Origin: Azolla caroliniana
Taxonomy: Eukaryota; Plantae; Polypodiophyta
Assembly: GCA_043228905.1 (NCBI GenBank)
Contig: JBHGNT010000009.1
Coordinates: forward strand, 12,586,001-12,650,000
Direction: 5' to 3'
DNA: 64,000 nt
A program made the position numbers and the translations under genes. Positions 10,745-23,242 of this stretch are shown here, piece by piece. The notes below the pieces were generated by a model. The model was not told the DNA's origin and searched no databases. It saw only the letters and a list, made by a program, of their open reading frames with translations. Positions within the stretch are counted from its first letter, which is position 1, and every line of letters begins with the position of its first letter.

Positions 10745-12906
10745 AGAAAGCGAGTGTTGGAAGAAGCACGCCGATTCGATAAATCTGAATCTGGTAAGGT
10801 TGGACAAGGGAACTGACAGAGCTCACACTATGCCGAAGGATCAGAAAAATCCGAAACCAGAAAGATCGAAAAAGGGCCAGCCTTTGTGATGAAACACAAG
10901 GCGAACTCGATGAAGAAGACCACTTCCAGATCGGAGGATGTGTGGTACGTTGACTCTGGTGCATCTAACCACATGACGAGCCACGAAGAGTGGTTCTCGT
11001 TTCTAGAAAAGCCGGAGCAACCGGGAGTTTTCGAAACTGGAGACGACACTCCGTACCCAATAGTGCATGTCGGACAACAAGGGAAGCTTATGTTGGAGAA
11101 GTCCCCTTGAGTCATGTCAGACAACAAGGGAATCTTATGAACGTGCTTCACGTCCCGACAATCACAAAGAACCTGGTGTCAGTTGGGCAGATCGTCGACT
11201 AGGGGATGCAGGTATGGTTTACATTCTCGGGTGCTTCATTGAGGAAGAGGGATGGATCATTGCACAAGAGAGCCGGGATGGGAGGATGTTCATCCTCGAC
11301 ATCAACGACATCGGCATCGATTTATTTGCAAAGGGTCAAAAGGTCGATTCGGATATCGACTTATGGCACAAGCGGATCAACCACGCCAACTATCAGAGGC
11401 TTCAAGACATGCATACGGAACAAGTTGTGTTCGGACTTCCGAAATTTAGTGGCCAGAAGGCTCAGATTTGTGAAGCCTGCCAACTCGGGAAGCAACACTG
11501 GCTTCCGTTCCCCACCAAAAGAAACCAGAGCTGTAACATGCTCGACTTGATGCATTTGGATGAATGGGGACTGGCACCGAACGTTAGTCTTGGCGGGAGC
11601 CGATATTTCGTCTCCTTCATCGATGACTACAACCGACACACGTGGATCTATCTCATCAAGAAGAAAAGCGAAGTCTTCGAAAGTTTCCGGAACCTACAAA
11701 GTCTTGTCGAACGGGAAACAGAGAGAAAGATAAAGTGCCTGCGGTCGGATGACGGAGAAGAAAACTTTTCCAGCCAATTCAACAGTTATTTGCAATAGAA
11801 AGGAATTCAACTACCGATACACATCGGAACAAAATGGTGTGGCCGAAAGGAAGAACTAGTAAATCGTTGAGGCGGCATGGGAAATGTTGGAAGAGAAGAG
11901 CATGCCCAATTTCTATTGGGCTGAAGCGAACCATACGGTCGTTTACATCCAAAACTGGATCGGGGATAAGGTGTCAGCACATGAGCTATATTTTGGATGG
12001 AAGTCGAATTTAAGGCACCTTAGGATATTCGGTAGCATTGCCTATGTGCATGTGCCGGATGAGAAGAGGAGGAAGTTGGACCTGAAGTTGGAGAAGTGCA
12101 TATTGGTCGGCTACTCTCATGAGCAGAAGGGGTATACATGCTACAACCCCTGGACAAAGATAGTCTGAGTAAGCCGAGATGTCAAATTTGTCGAATCGGC
12201 ATCTTGGTACTCTCTACTGACTCCGACCTCCAACTCCGACCTGAATCTGAAAGATGAGGCCAGTGGCTCGAAAACAATCCGGGCAAAAGAAGAAGAAGGA
12301 TTCAGTACTCTAGATGAGAGTCTGATCTCATTTCAGCTGAGCGGGCCAAATGAAGAGCTAAGTCGGAAAGACCAACAGGATGAAGAGCCGGCGAGCAATG
12401 AAGACTCAGTCGTGCTTTCCTTGCGTAAGGATCTGAGGAGACGGTTCACGCACAAAGAGAAAGGGAAGAAGAAGATGTCGGGGTACGACACCGGCAAAGA
12501 ATAGTCGGATTGGAGCGAATCCGACTCCGGACAAAACGAAAATGGACCTTCGGAAATGAAGTCTGAACCGGCCAAGAGGGCCTTGAAATCGGCTAACAAG
12601 AAGTTACGCCAATCCAGAAGAACCTTGTGAAGCGGTATGGTTATAACGAGTACATGGCGCATCACTATGCATACATGATGAAAGTGGCGGAAGTGCGTGA
12701 GCCGGAGAGCTACACAGAGGCGGCAAAAGACGCGAATTGGTGTGCAACAATGGAGGAAGAATTGCGGGCACTTGATGCCAACGACACATGGGACCTGGTT
12801 GATCCTCCCTGACATTGCAAACCAATCAGTTGCAAATGGATATTCAAGGTGACATACAATGCCGATGGTTTGGTCAACCGATACAAGGCCCGATTAGTGG
12901 GCAAAG

Positions 12907-13349
12907 TGTTACGGGCATGACCATATAATATCCCGTGGTGAGAATTTACCATAGTATTCTATACACGTGGATAAGTGTGAGGGTTAAACGAGAGTGTAAA
13001 GAAGGGGAGGATTACTTTTAATCCTCAGGATTGAGACAGTGAACTTGCTTGGGGGCCTTGGGTATCGCTATAAATAAGAGGCCTAGCTACCCTCATTTCA
13101 TCATCTTTGGACTACGTCGAGACTCTGTTCTTGTGGTGGGTCAACTCTTGTAGCGCGCGCGCCAACACCAGGTACGACTCGACGCCACAACAGGATGCCG
13201 ATCGAGGCTCGAGTCCGTCTCGATCCCTTTGCTCGAGGGTGGTCAGGTGGATCGACACCCTTCTTTCTCTCTCTCCTTTCTATCTATCATTATTTTATCC
13301 TTATCATATGCTTACATTAGGGCATATCTCTAATAGTTGGTATCAGAGC
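12907..13349 (+). mobile_element. LTR plus tRNA-Met PBS of another element (E) inserted into the A1 RT
   Basis: TGTTACGGG start abruptly ends A1 homology; TATAAATA box near 13068; TGGTATCAGAGC at 13338. No coding domain recognised downstream. Confidence 0.7.
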
Positions 13350-14121
13350 TCATGTTCTAATGTTTCTTTTGTTGTGTTTGGTGTTCTTGATTGATGGTGA
13401 TCGATCGATGTGCGGTCGGCCTTGATCCAGACAACGATCAACAAAGAACTTCGGTAACTCTTTCCTTGTTTTTTTTTCTACTTTTTCTTCTCCCATCCAA
13501 TCATGTATATAGTCTATATGTAATTTTTTTCATTAATTCAATGATGTTGTAGTGGTAATTAATTGGTTATATAAAACGTTTACATATGTGTATGAGGTCA
13601 GTACCTCGATTTCGTTGTAAATGATATGCGTTTGGTCTCGTATGCGTAAGAGGTCAATGTTAACCGTTGTCGTGAAAATCCATCACTATGTGTGGATCAT
13701 GAGACGGAACCGTCGGGGTTCTGGACTAGAAGGATTTAGTGCAACACGTACAACACAAGCAAGTTTTAAGCATAAGACAAGTGGGAGAGACAAATCATTA
13801 GTTTATTGCAAAAGAAAATCGATTCTTTATCATTTCAGAATCATGTTACAATGGGTTGGGTATGGAAATGAGAGATTAATTTTTCGAAGAAAGGAGCCAA
13901 CAACCATGCAAGGAGTGGTCCGATATAAATACGAGAGATAATTTTTGACAAGAAAGATTGAGTAAACAAAGCTAGGAGTTTTGATATCAATATGTGAGAT
14001 AATTTGTTTTCTCGAATCCGAGAGGGAAGAAGAAGGAAGAAAAAAAAACTAGAGGAAAAAAATGGGACATATATCGAGCTCCTTGTTGATCCCCCGTCCC
14101 AATGTTACTTTCCATGTCCAC

Positions 14122-14216
14122 ATTTAGTTGCATGGCCTCTACTTTTAGTTGCATGCTTCCATTTTTAGTTGCATGCCTTTTACTTTTAGTTGCATGGTCT
14201 TGGCTTTTAGTTGCAT
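14122..14216. repeat. Minisatellite, 5 x about 21 bp (core tttagttgcatg)
   Basis: Five cores visible, followed by an about 350-bp block rich in acgcgt/gcgcgc/catcca. Confidence 0.85.
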
Positions 14217-14939
14217 GCGACCGTCCGTATAATTTGTCCAAATGACCCAATCATCCATAAAGTTTAGCCCGTGTGCAATCCGTACGTGTGTCGCAACCAA
14301 ACTGTAGACGTGTGCGCGCGCAAAAGTCTCGACCGCGCCGCATCCACGCATCCGCGCGCAAAAGTCCAGACTACGCCATAGTGTACGCATCCACGCACTC
14401 ATCCACACACACGCGTCCATCCGAAACGTCCACGCGTACGCCCAAAACTTGCACACGCGTGTACATCCAAAGACGTCCATGCACGTGTACGTTCGAAAAC
14501 ATCCATGCGGCCATGCACACACGCGTACGCCCGAAGCATGCACACCACACAATGTAGCCCAAGTCACCTTGAACATTCTGTGCTCCACACATTTATAGAA
14601 TGAATATGTTTTGGTTTCCCTTATATATCCTGGGTTCCAATGTTGTCCTATCTATGTGGGATATCTCACAATTTTGTCTTTTATTTCTACTTCTTCAAAC
14701 TTTACACTCACATAACTTGATACTTGTTTATCCGTTTCATGCGTAGTAAAATACGCTATGAAACTCTTGAAGAAATCTATCTATATGAATACATTAAGCT
14801 AATCTTAAATAATTTTTTACTAAGTTTCATATCGTGTGTGGAAAACCACATGACATTCACCCCCACCAAACCTGCATATCCACCGATATGTGCCTATTGT
14901 GGTGAGGTTCCTCTTTTAATTACTCTTTTGCAACCTCGA

Positions 14940-15402
14940 TGTTCGAGGCTATAACATCCAGAGCTTCGATCTCAAGATTTGAGCCAGATCGGCATCCGGA
15001 AATAAGAGCTAGATCGGTATCCAGATGCTATCCGAATACACTGGCTGGATTGGTGAGACAGATCGGACAACCGAATTCGAGTGGGAACCGGAAGCCTAGT
15101 AGTAGCCTAGACTACCAGGTAATCATTGTCTCGTAGTTAGTATCAGTCGCACGTAGGAATATTAAAGGATGATGTACTTCTGTCAGTCCTTTTAAGGACT
15201 TGTATAAATAGTGTTGTTGTAGCACATTGTACATAGAGAGTATTGTCGTTATTTTGAATCTAGCTTTTATGTTCTTCTCTCTTTGTCTCTGTCTCTCCCG
15301 TGTATATTTTTGGTGTGAAGCTTTTCCATTAAACCTTCTCTTATTCTTTGTTGCTATCCGACTGAGCCAGTTTGTCTAACGCTTCCGCACGCTAACTTTT
15401 AC
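14940..15402 (+). repeat. Isolated copia family A LTR
   Basis: Similar to 33410-33840 and ends ttccgcacgctaacttttaCA. No PBS follows and no TSD found; 5' boundary uncertain. Confidence 0.8.
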
Positions 15403-16030
15403 ACCTTTGAAGAAGAAACCTGACTAATTTCTTTTAGTGATGCAAGTTTCAACATTGCGTTTTCAGGTGGTTGAATAGTTAGTGTTGGGCATTCTGATTG
15501 CATATGACCAAACTTGTTACAGGTGTAACATGCACCTGCAAATTTGCCCCATTTCAGCTTAAAAGGTCTTGCACCAATAGTTGGATCATCCGAGTTGAGG
15601 GAGATACCTTCCAATATCGGAACATCCGTGTCCCAAAGAATTAAATCTATTAGAGGTACTTGTAGTTTTTGGGGGGCATACTACTCTCCCCATTCAGGCT
15701 GCAATTATAGGTAACAAGTGATTCCAATTTTGTGGAAAGTCAAGCACTTCTACCCAGACATGACATTTGTGATGAATTAGCCCTTGATAGTCTTTTGTAA
15801 AAGACCATGACAATGCATGAACCATTTGATCTCTATATGTTAAACGAGATTCTTCAAGTAATTGAGTTTTGTACTTTGGTTTTGATAACAATACTTCATA
15901 AAACCCTCTAGCAACTAAATAAACTCCACTAACTGCATATGCTTTAAACATGCCATTTATCCATTGAGCCACGTCATTTGCAGAAGGCATCTTCCTAGGA
16001 AAGAAAGAGCCATGAAGATTGGTTCTCCTT
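15403..16030 (-). pseudogene. LINE ORF1-like fragment (DUF4283-type region plus zinc knuckle)
   Basis: ARGFYEVLL...CHVWVEVLDFP followed by the CCHC knuckle CYTCNKFGHMQSEC. Confidence 0.7.
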
Positions 16031-17032
16031 TTTGGAAACATCGGAACAACCAGGGATTGTCGAAACTAGAGACGACACCCCTCACCCGATTGTACATGTC
16101 GAAGAAGTCCCTTTAAGCCATGTCGAACAAAAAGGGAACCTGATGAACGTACTACACATCCCGGCTATCACAAAGAACCTGGTATCGATTGGACAAATCA
16201 TCGACCAGGGAATGTAGGTGCGTGCAGTTTACGCCCCTCGGGTGCTTCATCGAGGAAGAAGGCTGGATAATTGCGCAAGGGTGCAGAGAAGGGAGGATGT
16301 TCATCCTCAACACTAATGACGTCGGCACTACCATGTTTGCCAAAGGATAGAAGATTGAATTGGACATCGATCTCTGGCATAAGCAGATTACTTTTCCGGC
16401 CAATTCAACAATTATCTGCAGCAGAACGAAATTCGGAGAGAATTCAATTGCCGATACACACTGGAACAAAATGGTGTGGCCGAGAGAAAGAACCAGTCGA
16501 TTATCGACATGACAAGGGCAATGCTGGAGGAGAAGAGCATGCCACAATTCTACTGGACTGAGGCGGTCCGGACGGCCGTCTACATCCAAAACCGGATCGA
16601 AGACAAGGTGTCAGCACATGAGCTGTATTTCTGTCGGAAGCCGAATTTGAGGCACCTTTAGATATTCGGTAACATAGCATATGTGCATTTACCGGATGAG
16701 AAATGGAGGAAGTTGAATCCAAAGTTGGAGAAGTGCATCCTAGTCAGTTACTTGCATGAGAAAAAGGGGTATAAGTGCTATAACCCCTAGACAAAGCATG
16801 TCCGAGTAAGTTGAGATGTCGAGTTTGATGAGACGGCATCATGGTACTCCCTACCGACAAAGACTCGATTCCAGAAGATGAGGCTATTGAGCCCAAGGAG
16901 GTCCAGGAAGAAGATGAAGACTTCGGCACTCTAGAAGAGAGTCCGATCTCATTCCGGGTAAGTGTGCTGAATGAGCGACTGAGTCGAAATGACTAGTCGG
17001 ATGAAGAACCGGCGAACTGTGGAGACTCTACC

Positions 17033-17950
17033 GTGCTCTCCCCGCGCAAGGAACCGAGGAGATGGTTCACACGCAAAGAGAAGGGGAAGAAGAAGATTCC
17101 GGAATACGATACTAGTAGTGAAGGGTCGGATCGGAGCGAATCTAACCCTGGAAAGGGAGAAGGCGGATCTTCAGAAAGGAAGTTTGAACCGGCCAAGAAG
17201 GGCCTCAAACCGGGTAATGAAAAGTTACGCTGGTCAACCCGTCAAAAGAAAACCGTCATGAGGTACGGATACAATGAGTACATTACGCATCACTATGCAT
17301 ACATGACTAAGGTGGCGGAAGTGCGTGAGCCGGAGAGCTACGCAAAAGCAGCAAAAGACGCAAATTGGCGTGCTGCTATGGAGGAAGATATGTGGGCACT
17401 CGACGCCAACGACACATGGGACCTGGATGACCCACCCCGACAGTGCAAACCAATCGGTTGCAAATGCGTGTACAAGGTAAAGTACACCGCTGACGGTTTA
17501 GTCAACCGGTACAAGGCCCGGTTAGTGGCCAAGGGATATGCACAAACCCACGGAATCGACTACGATGAAACCTTTGCTCCGGTAGCGAAGATGACGACGG
17601 TTTGTGTGGTACTAGCTATTGTTCCGGCAAGGGGATGGCATCTTCACCAAATGGATGTGAAGAATGCATTTCTTCAAGGTGATCTTGAAGAACGGGTCTA
17701 TATGATCCAACCCCCTGGTTTCCAATCAGAGATGAACAAGTCGGTAGTGTGCCGACTCAAGAAGTCGCTTTACGGTCTGAAACAAGCCCCCCGAGCTTGG
17801 AATGGGAAGATCACGCAACGGTTGTGTAAGATGGGGTTCGTGGCCTCTAAGTATGACTCTTCATTGTTCATCCAGAACGGTCCGGATGGTCCGGTTTGCA
17901 TCTTGCTTTATGTAGATGATTTAGTCATCACCGGACCAAGACTCATTTGA
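17033..17950 (+). pseudogene. Copia reverse transcriptase fragment of A2
   Basis: 305-aa ORF with canonical copia RT motifs; deletion after YVDD. Confidence 0.9.
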
Positions 17951-20142
17951 AATGAAGGACCTGGGGAACCTTCATTATTTTCTTGGGATCGAGGTGATCC
18001 GAACCCCCAAGGGCATATTGCTCTCACAACGCCATTATGTGTTGAATATGTTGTACAAGTTCAGCATGACGGAATCCCGACCGATCTCTACACCCTTGGA
18101 TCGGAACCTGAAGCTACGTCCCAACTCCGGCCCGACCTACGATGAGAAACGGTTCTGACAAATTGTCGGATGCCTCATCTACTTGACAATCACCCGACCC
18201 GACATCAGTTATCCGGTTGGAGTGATCAACCAATTCATGCAGAAGCCAACCGTGGAGCATCTTCAGTGTGCACATCGAATATTGCGGTATGTGAGTGGCA
18301 CGAAAGACCGAGGATTGTTGTTAATCCTTAGGGCCGGACAATGGCCTAACACAGGGTGTCTACGGAAGACACTTCATCAAAGGGTGTTACGGCGAGATAA
18401 TTTAAGACACAACGATTAATCAGACTTAATTGGCTACTTAGCAATATGGCATTAACTTAATACACGCGTAAGATATAACAATTAATACAGAACGGTAATC
18501 AATACGTGAAGATAAAACAAGAAGCTTATATTAATTCTCCGTTAAAGTTTTACATTGTAACCGGGCCTTTATATAGGTCACCGGTGCTGAGTACAAAACG
18601 GTGCCAACCGGCACCTATTCGGAACCGGTCCGTCCGTTCACGTCTCATAAACTACTTAATTATAATCTATTCTGAATAACCATTCCCTTTCACATTCTAG
18701 TCTTTAACTCCTTTGCCGGTCGGGTAACACATGGCACGCCCGTGGGACAGTACCTTGTACATCGAATCCCACTATCCAACCCTTAGCCTTCATCCAAGAT
18801 ATCCAGAGTACCCTGCTCCAGGGTGTCCAATGGTTCTTCGGAACTCTGTTGTTGTTGCTGTGGCTGTGGCTGTTGCTGTTGTGGTTGTGGTTGTTGTTGC
18901 GTCTGATCGGCTCCCGGTATCGGCGGTTGTGGCGGTACTTCCTCCGTCAGCTGCTCTGCCGGAATTGACTCCGGTTGACTCGTTCCGGCCTTGTCTCTGT
19001 CCGGTCCTTGCCCCAGTGATGGCTCCTCATCGCCGAGGTTGACGGTCGCCACCTGCTTTGCTTCTTCTCTCCGTAGCCTGGATTTCAAACTGGATTTCAA
19101 CATCCAATCGATCATCGTCTAGTTGTGCTACCAGTTGTCGAACCACTGCTGATTGTTCCTCCGCCAGAGTTACAAAATCTTCTGCTAACTAATCTCTTAC
19201 GGTGGTGAAGTCCTCTTTTGTTAGCATGTAGCAGTTGTTGCCATCCTTCTACCGGTTTTCCGTGTCCGCCCTTAGCAACTAGAGCTCGACTGTGTGCTTT
19301 GCCCATTTGTCCCACCATTGTGCAGAGCTTTAGTCAATCAAGTGTTTGGTCTTGTTCCTCCATGCCTGGACAATGAACAGGATCCACTCCAATCCCATCT
19401 TCGATTTGTCCTCCACGACTTGCCGTTCGTCCTTCAATTGCTTGATCAGCGCCACCGTATCCGCCTCCTGCTCCCGGTAATGTGACAATTGGTTTTGATA
19501 GGTGTTCTGCAACCTCTGCAATACCATTGTCGCTCTTTCCTTCTCTTCATAATGCTGCTTCCTTCATAATGCTCCATACCTTCTTGCGCGGCTTCCTCCA
19601 GCAACGTGGTTCTTTCAGCCCGTTCCTCCACTAGCGCCGTCTCAGCTCGATGCACCTCCTGCTAGAGCTCTGCCATCTTCTCCTGCAGTTTCTTATGCTC
19701 CGTATCCAGGTGCGGTCCTTTGCTCAAATGGGTTTTTGGGCATCGGTCCTCTATATGGCTTCAATCGGAATATGTTGACCCATTTGCCTAACACTTCGCC
19801 GACAAGTGTCCCTAACTGGTAGGACCCATTATACTCACGTGTTAGCCAATACGGGCCGGTCCATCTAAACCGTAGTTTACCCGGCATCTTGCCCATCCGG
19901 GCCTTTAAATAGATTTCCGGTCTGTAGTACAAAACGGTGCCATCCGCACCTGTTCGGGATCGGTCCGGATCCGGAACGGCATACTAGTTCCGGTCCGTCC
20001 ATCCACACTTATAGCTTACTTACAACCATTCCTAATAATTAAATAACTCCCCGTTTCACACTCTGGACTCCTTTGCCGGCCGGTAACACATGGCACGCCC
20101 GTGGGACAGTACCTTGTACGCCGAATCCACATCCGACCCTTG

Positions 20143-22880
20143 CTATTCTTCGTCCAAAATATCCAGAATGCTTTGTTCGAGAGTCTCCAATGGCTCATCT
20201 GGAATTGGTTGTTGTTGTTGTTGTGGTTGTTGCTGCTGTTGTTGCTGCTCCGTTCGTTGCTCTGACACTGGTGTCTCCGTCGTTGCTTCCTTCGTCGTAG
20301 TGGTCTCCGGTTGACTGGTTCCGGGCTGGCCCTCGGCCGACGACGGTTCCTCATCACTAAGGTTAACCGTTGCCTCTTCCCGTGCTTTTTCTTCCCGAAC
20401 CCGGGACCGCTCGTAGCTTTCAAACTAGATTTGAGCGTCCAACCTATCATCGTCTAACTGAGCTATGAGTTGCCGGACCTACGCCAGCTGTTCATCCGCC
20501 AAGACTTGGAAGTCATCGGCCAGCTCGTCACGTATGGCGGTGAAGTCCTGGAAGTCAACGTGTAACAATCATCTCCTTCCTTCCGCCGGTTTGCCACGTC
20601 TACCCGTAGTAATTGGAGTTCCGTCGCGTTTTGTGCCCACTTTGTCCACCATCTTACGGAGCTTTCGTCAATCAAGCGTTTTGTCTGATTCAGCCATGCC
20701 TGGAGGATGCACTGAATCCGGCCCGTTCCCAATTGTGATTTGATTTCCACCGCTTGCCGTTCCTCCTTCAGTTGCTTGATGATTTTGACATTTTCTTCCG
20801 CCTGCTCCTTGTAATGCGTCAATTGCCTTTGATATGTGCTTTGTAATTTCTGCAATACTGTTGACGCTCTCTCCTTTTCTTCCTGCTGCTACCTCTGGAG
20901 CTCCATCCGGACCTTCTCCGCCTTGTCTAACCGTCTTGTATTTTCCGCACGTTCGTCGGCAATCGCCGTCGCGGCCCGATCAACTTCCTGCTGGAGCTCG
21001 GCCATCCGTTCCGTATGCTCCGTTTCTAGCTGTTTGTAGTCCCTGTGCAGGTGCTCAAAATCATCTGTCTTTTGCTTGAGCCGTGCGTTGATCTGTCGAT
21101 GGGCCCGGTCCTCGCGGTCCTTCTGCTGGCGGAGCTCTTCCTTTAGCCATTCAATTTCCGTTTCCGCTGTCTTCTGCAGCTTGTCCTTTTCCTGCAGCAC
21201 TTTGTCTTTTTCCTCCCTTAGCCGGTCGTACGCTTGATGGCCTTTCCTGAGGCTCTCCTCTGCCCGGCGGAGGTTCTCATCAGTCTTCTTTAATTTTGAT
21301 TCAGCCACTGTCTTCAATTCCCGTTCCCGGCTCCTTAGCGCTTCTTGTGCGGCAAGTTCATCTCTCAATTCCGCAAGCTCCTGGGCTTGCGCCGCATCTC
21401 TCTCTGGAACGGGTTCCGTTGCCAGGGTCTTATTGGTATGTACAGGTTGATCTGTTTCTTTATTCTGTACACTTACCAGAGTCACCGGTGATTGGATCTG
21501 TGTTGTCGTTAAGGCCATTTTGGCCATCTCTGCCGTGACCTGATCCAAGTCTTTTTCAAGGCAACGGATTTTGGACCGGGCCATCTCTAGTTGTTCGGTT
21601 GTGACGAGCAACCGTTCACTTTGCGCTCTTTCTTCCGCCTTAATATACCCCATTGCTCCGGCAATCTGTTCGCCTATCCACCGGAGCCACAGGCTACCGG
21701 TGCCTTGTTGTTGCGTTTGCACGGAGGTTTGACGGATGGGCTCGCTTGTAGATGGGTGGTCCTGCCTGATTGCGCCGAGTTGCAATTCCGTTTCTGCCCG
21801 TGGACCACCCTGCTGTCCTGGTTCCCCTTGCGCTTCTTCTTGGTTGGCCGAGGGAGGTTGCATTGACCTTTCCGGCTCTGGCGGGATGGGACTTGCTGGT
21901 GTTGCCGGTGGTGCAGGGGCTTCTGATTTTGGTGCCATGCGCACCGGTTCCGGTTCCTCCCTTGGCGTGGGAGTCTCAGTATGGGGAGCCGGTGTTCCCT
22001 CCGTCGGAGGGTCCGAACGTTTCCCGGCTGCCTCAACGGTCCTTGCTGACGACCGTTGCTGGAGGTGCTCCGTAGGCTCCTCCTCTATTTCCTCTTCCTG
22101 AGTCCCGACATTGAGTTTTGCTGCTAAGGGGTCCGCTTCTCTATTCACCGGTCGGCGGAGTGTAACCTTTACGGGCCGTACCGGTGGTTCCTCCTGCGTG
22201 TCCGTTGGCCGCTTCCGGCTGGCGCTCTCGTTTCCCGCCTGTTCTGCGTCCGCCGCTTTCCCCTTAGTGGCCTTAGAGGCCAACAACTGTTGTCTTTTGG
22301 AAGCCGTCTTTGGGGTGCCGTCCGCCACTCTTCCCCGCTTCTTGGGCTGGACGGGTGGCACAAGCAAGGTGAGCCACTACGTTACGGCGTGCCATATCCT
22401 CCGTCCGTCTCGGCCTTCTTTGCCTCTGACGATCTCGATCGCCGCACACAAACCGTCAGCGATCAATACCGGCCAATCCACCTTGATCCCTTCATAGGTG
22501 GTGATGATCATCCCTGCCCAGTTCTGCGGCATGACAGGGGGTCTAGGGTACACATGGCCGTATTCATGGAGCACACGAGCAATCTCGCGGAACAACATAT
22601 CTCCGCCACCCTGTGTCCGGTAGACCTTGCTGGCTAGGGAGTACTCACCAAAATACTTGATGAGTTGTTCCGAGGTCGGATTGTCAATCGTGAGTATGCC
22701 TCCCTTCGGAAGGCCTGTTAACGCTCGGATCGCCTCCGCCGTTATGACCTCTGTGTCGATTTCTTTGATCACCTTGTCGGCTTCTTTGTGTGGCGGTACC
22801 TCCATAATCATCAAGAAGACCTCAAGCCTGTGTTGCTTTAGCCATTTCTTGGTGGCTTCCGACAACGTTTGCGGGTCCAT
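20143..22880 (-). pseudogene. B2 extra ORF (globular domain, basic patch, coiled coil, Q-rich tail), disrupted
   Basis: ORF pieces 22377-23186, 20889-22367 and 20463-20855 are colinear with the B4 extra ORF; starts MDPQTLSEA. Confidence 0.85.
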
Positions 22881-23242
22881 GTCTGTGTCGAGGTCGGATT
22901 GTGGTGGCGAGGTTGGATGGTGATGAGAGTGAGATTGAGAGAGAGAGAGTTCAGAAAGCTGGGGTTCTCTGTGCGTAGGTTCTCGTCTGATGATCTTGCA
23001 ACGCCTTGGTGCTTCTGTGCTCCTGGGTTCGGGAAAGTAGAGGGTCTCCACGTGCAGTGGTTTTTCTCTGTGCATTCTGGCGCCTTTCTCGAGTGTGTGC
23101 ACGTCGTGTACTAAAATAGCATTATGTCCTGTGGTGGCGCTTAAATGCCCACTACGTACCTTTTCGCTCCTCGCTCTCTCGTCCATTCATACCTCACTTT
23201 TGCATGATTACTTCGTTTTTTTTTTTAAATGTTAGTGTGAGG

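Larger units (their letters stand above)
8430..12906 (+). mobile_element. Ty1/copia element A1, 3'-truncated and degenerate
   Basis: 5' LTR 8430-8862, PBS TGGTATCAGAG at 8863, gag, protease WYVDSGASNHM, integrase CEACQLGK...IDDY...LRSD, RT start YKARLV. Many stops and frameshifts. Confidence 0.92.
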
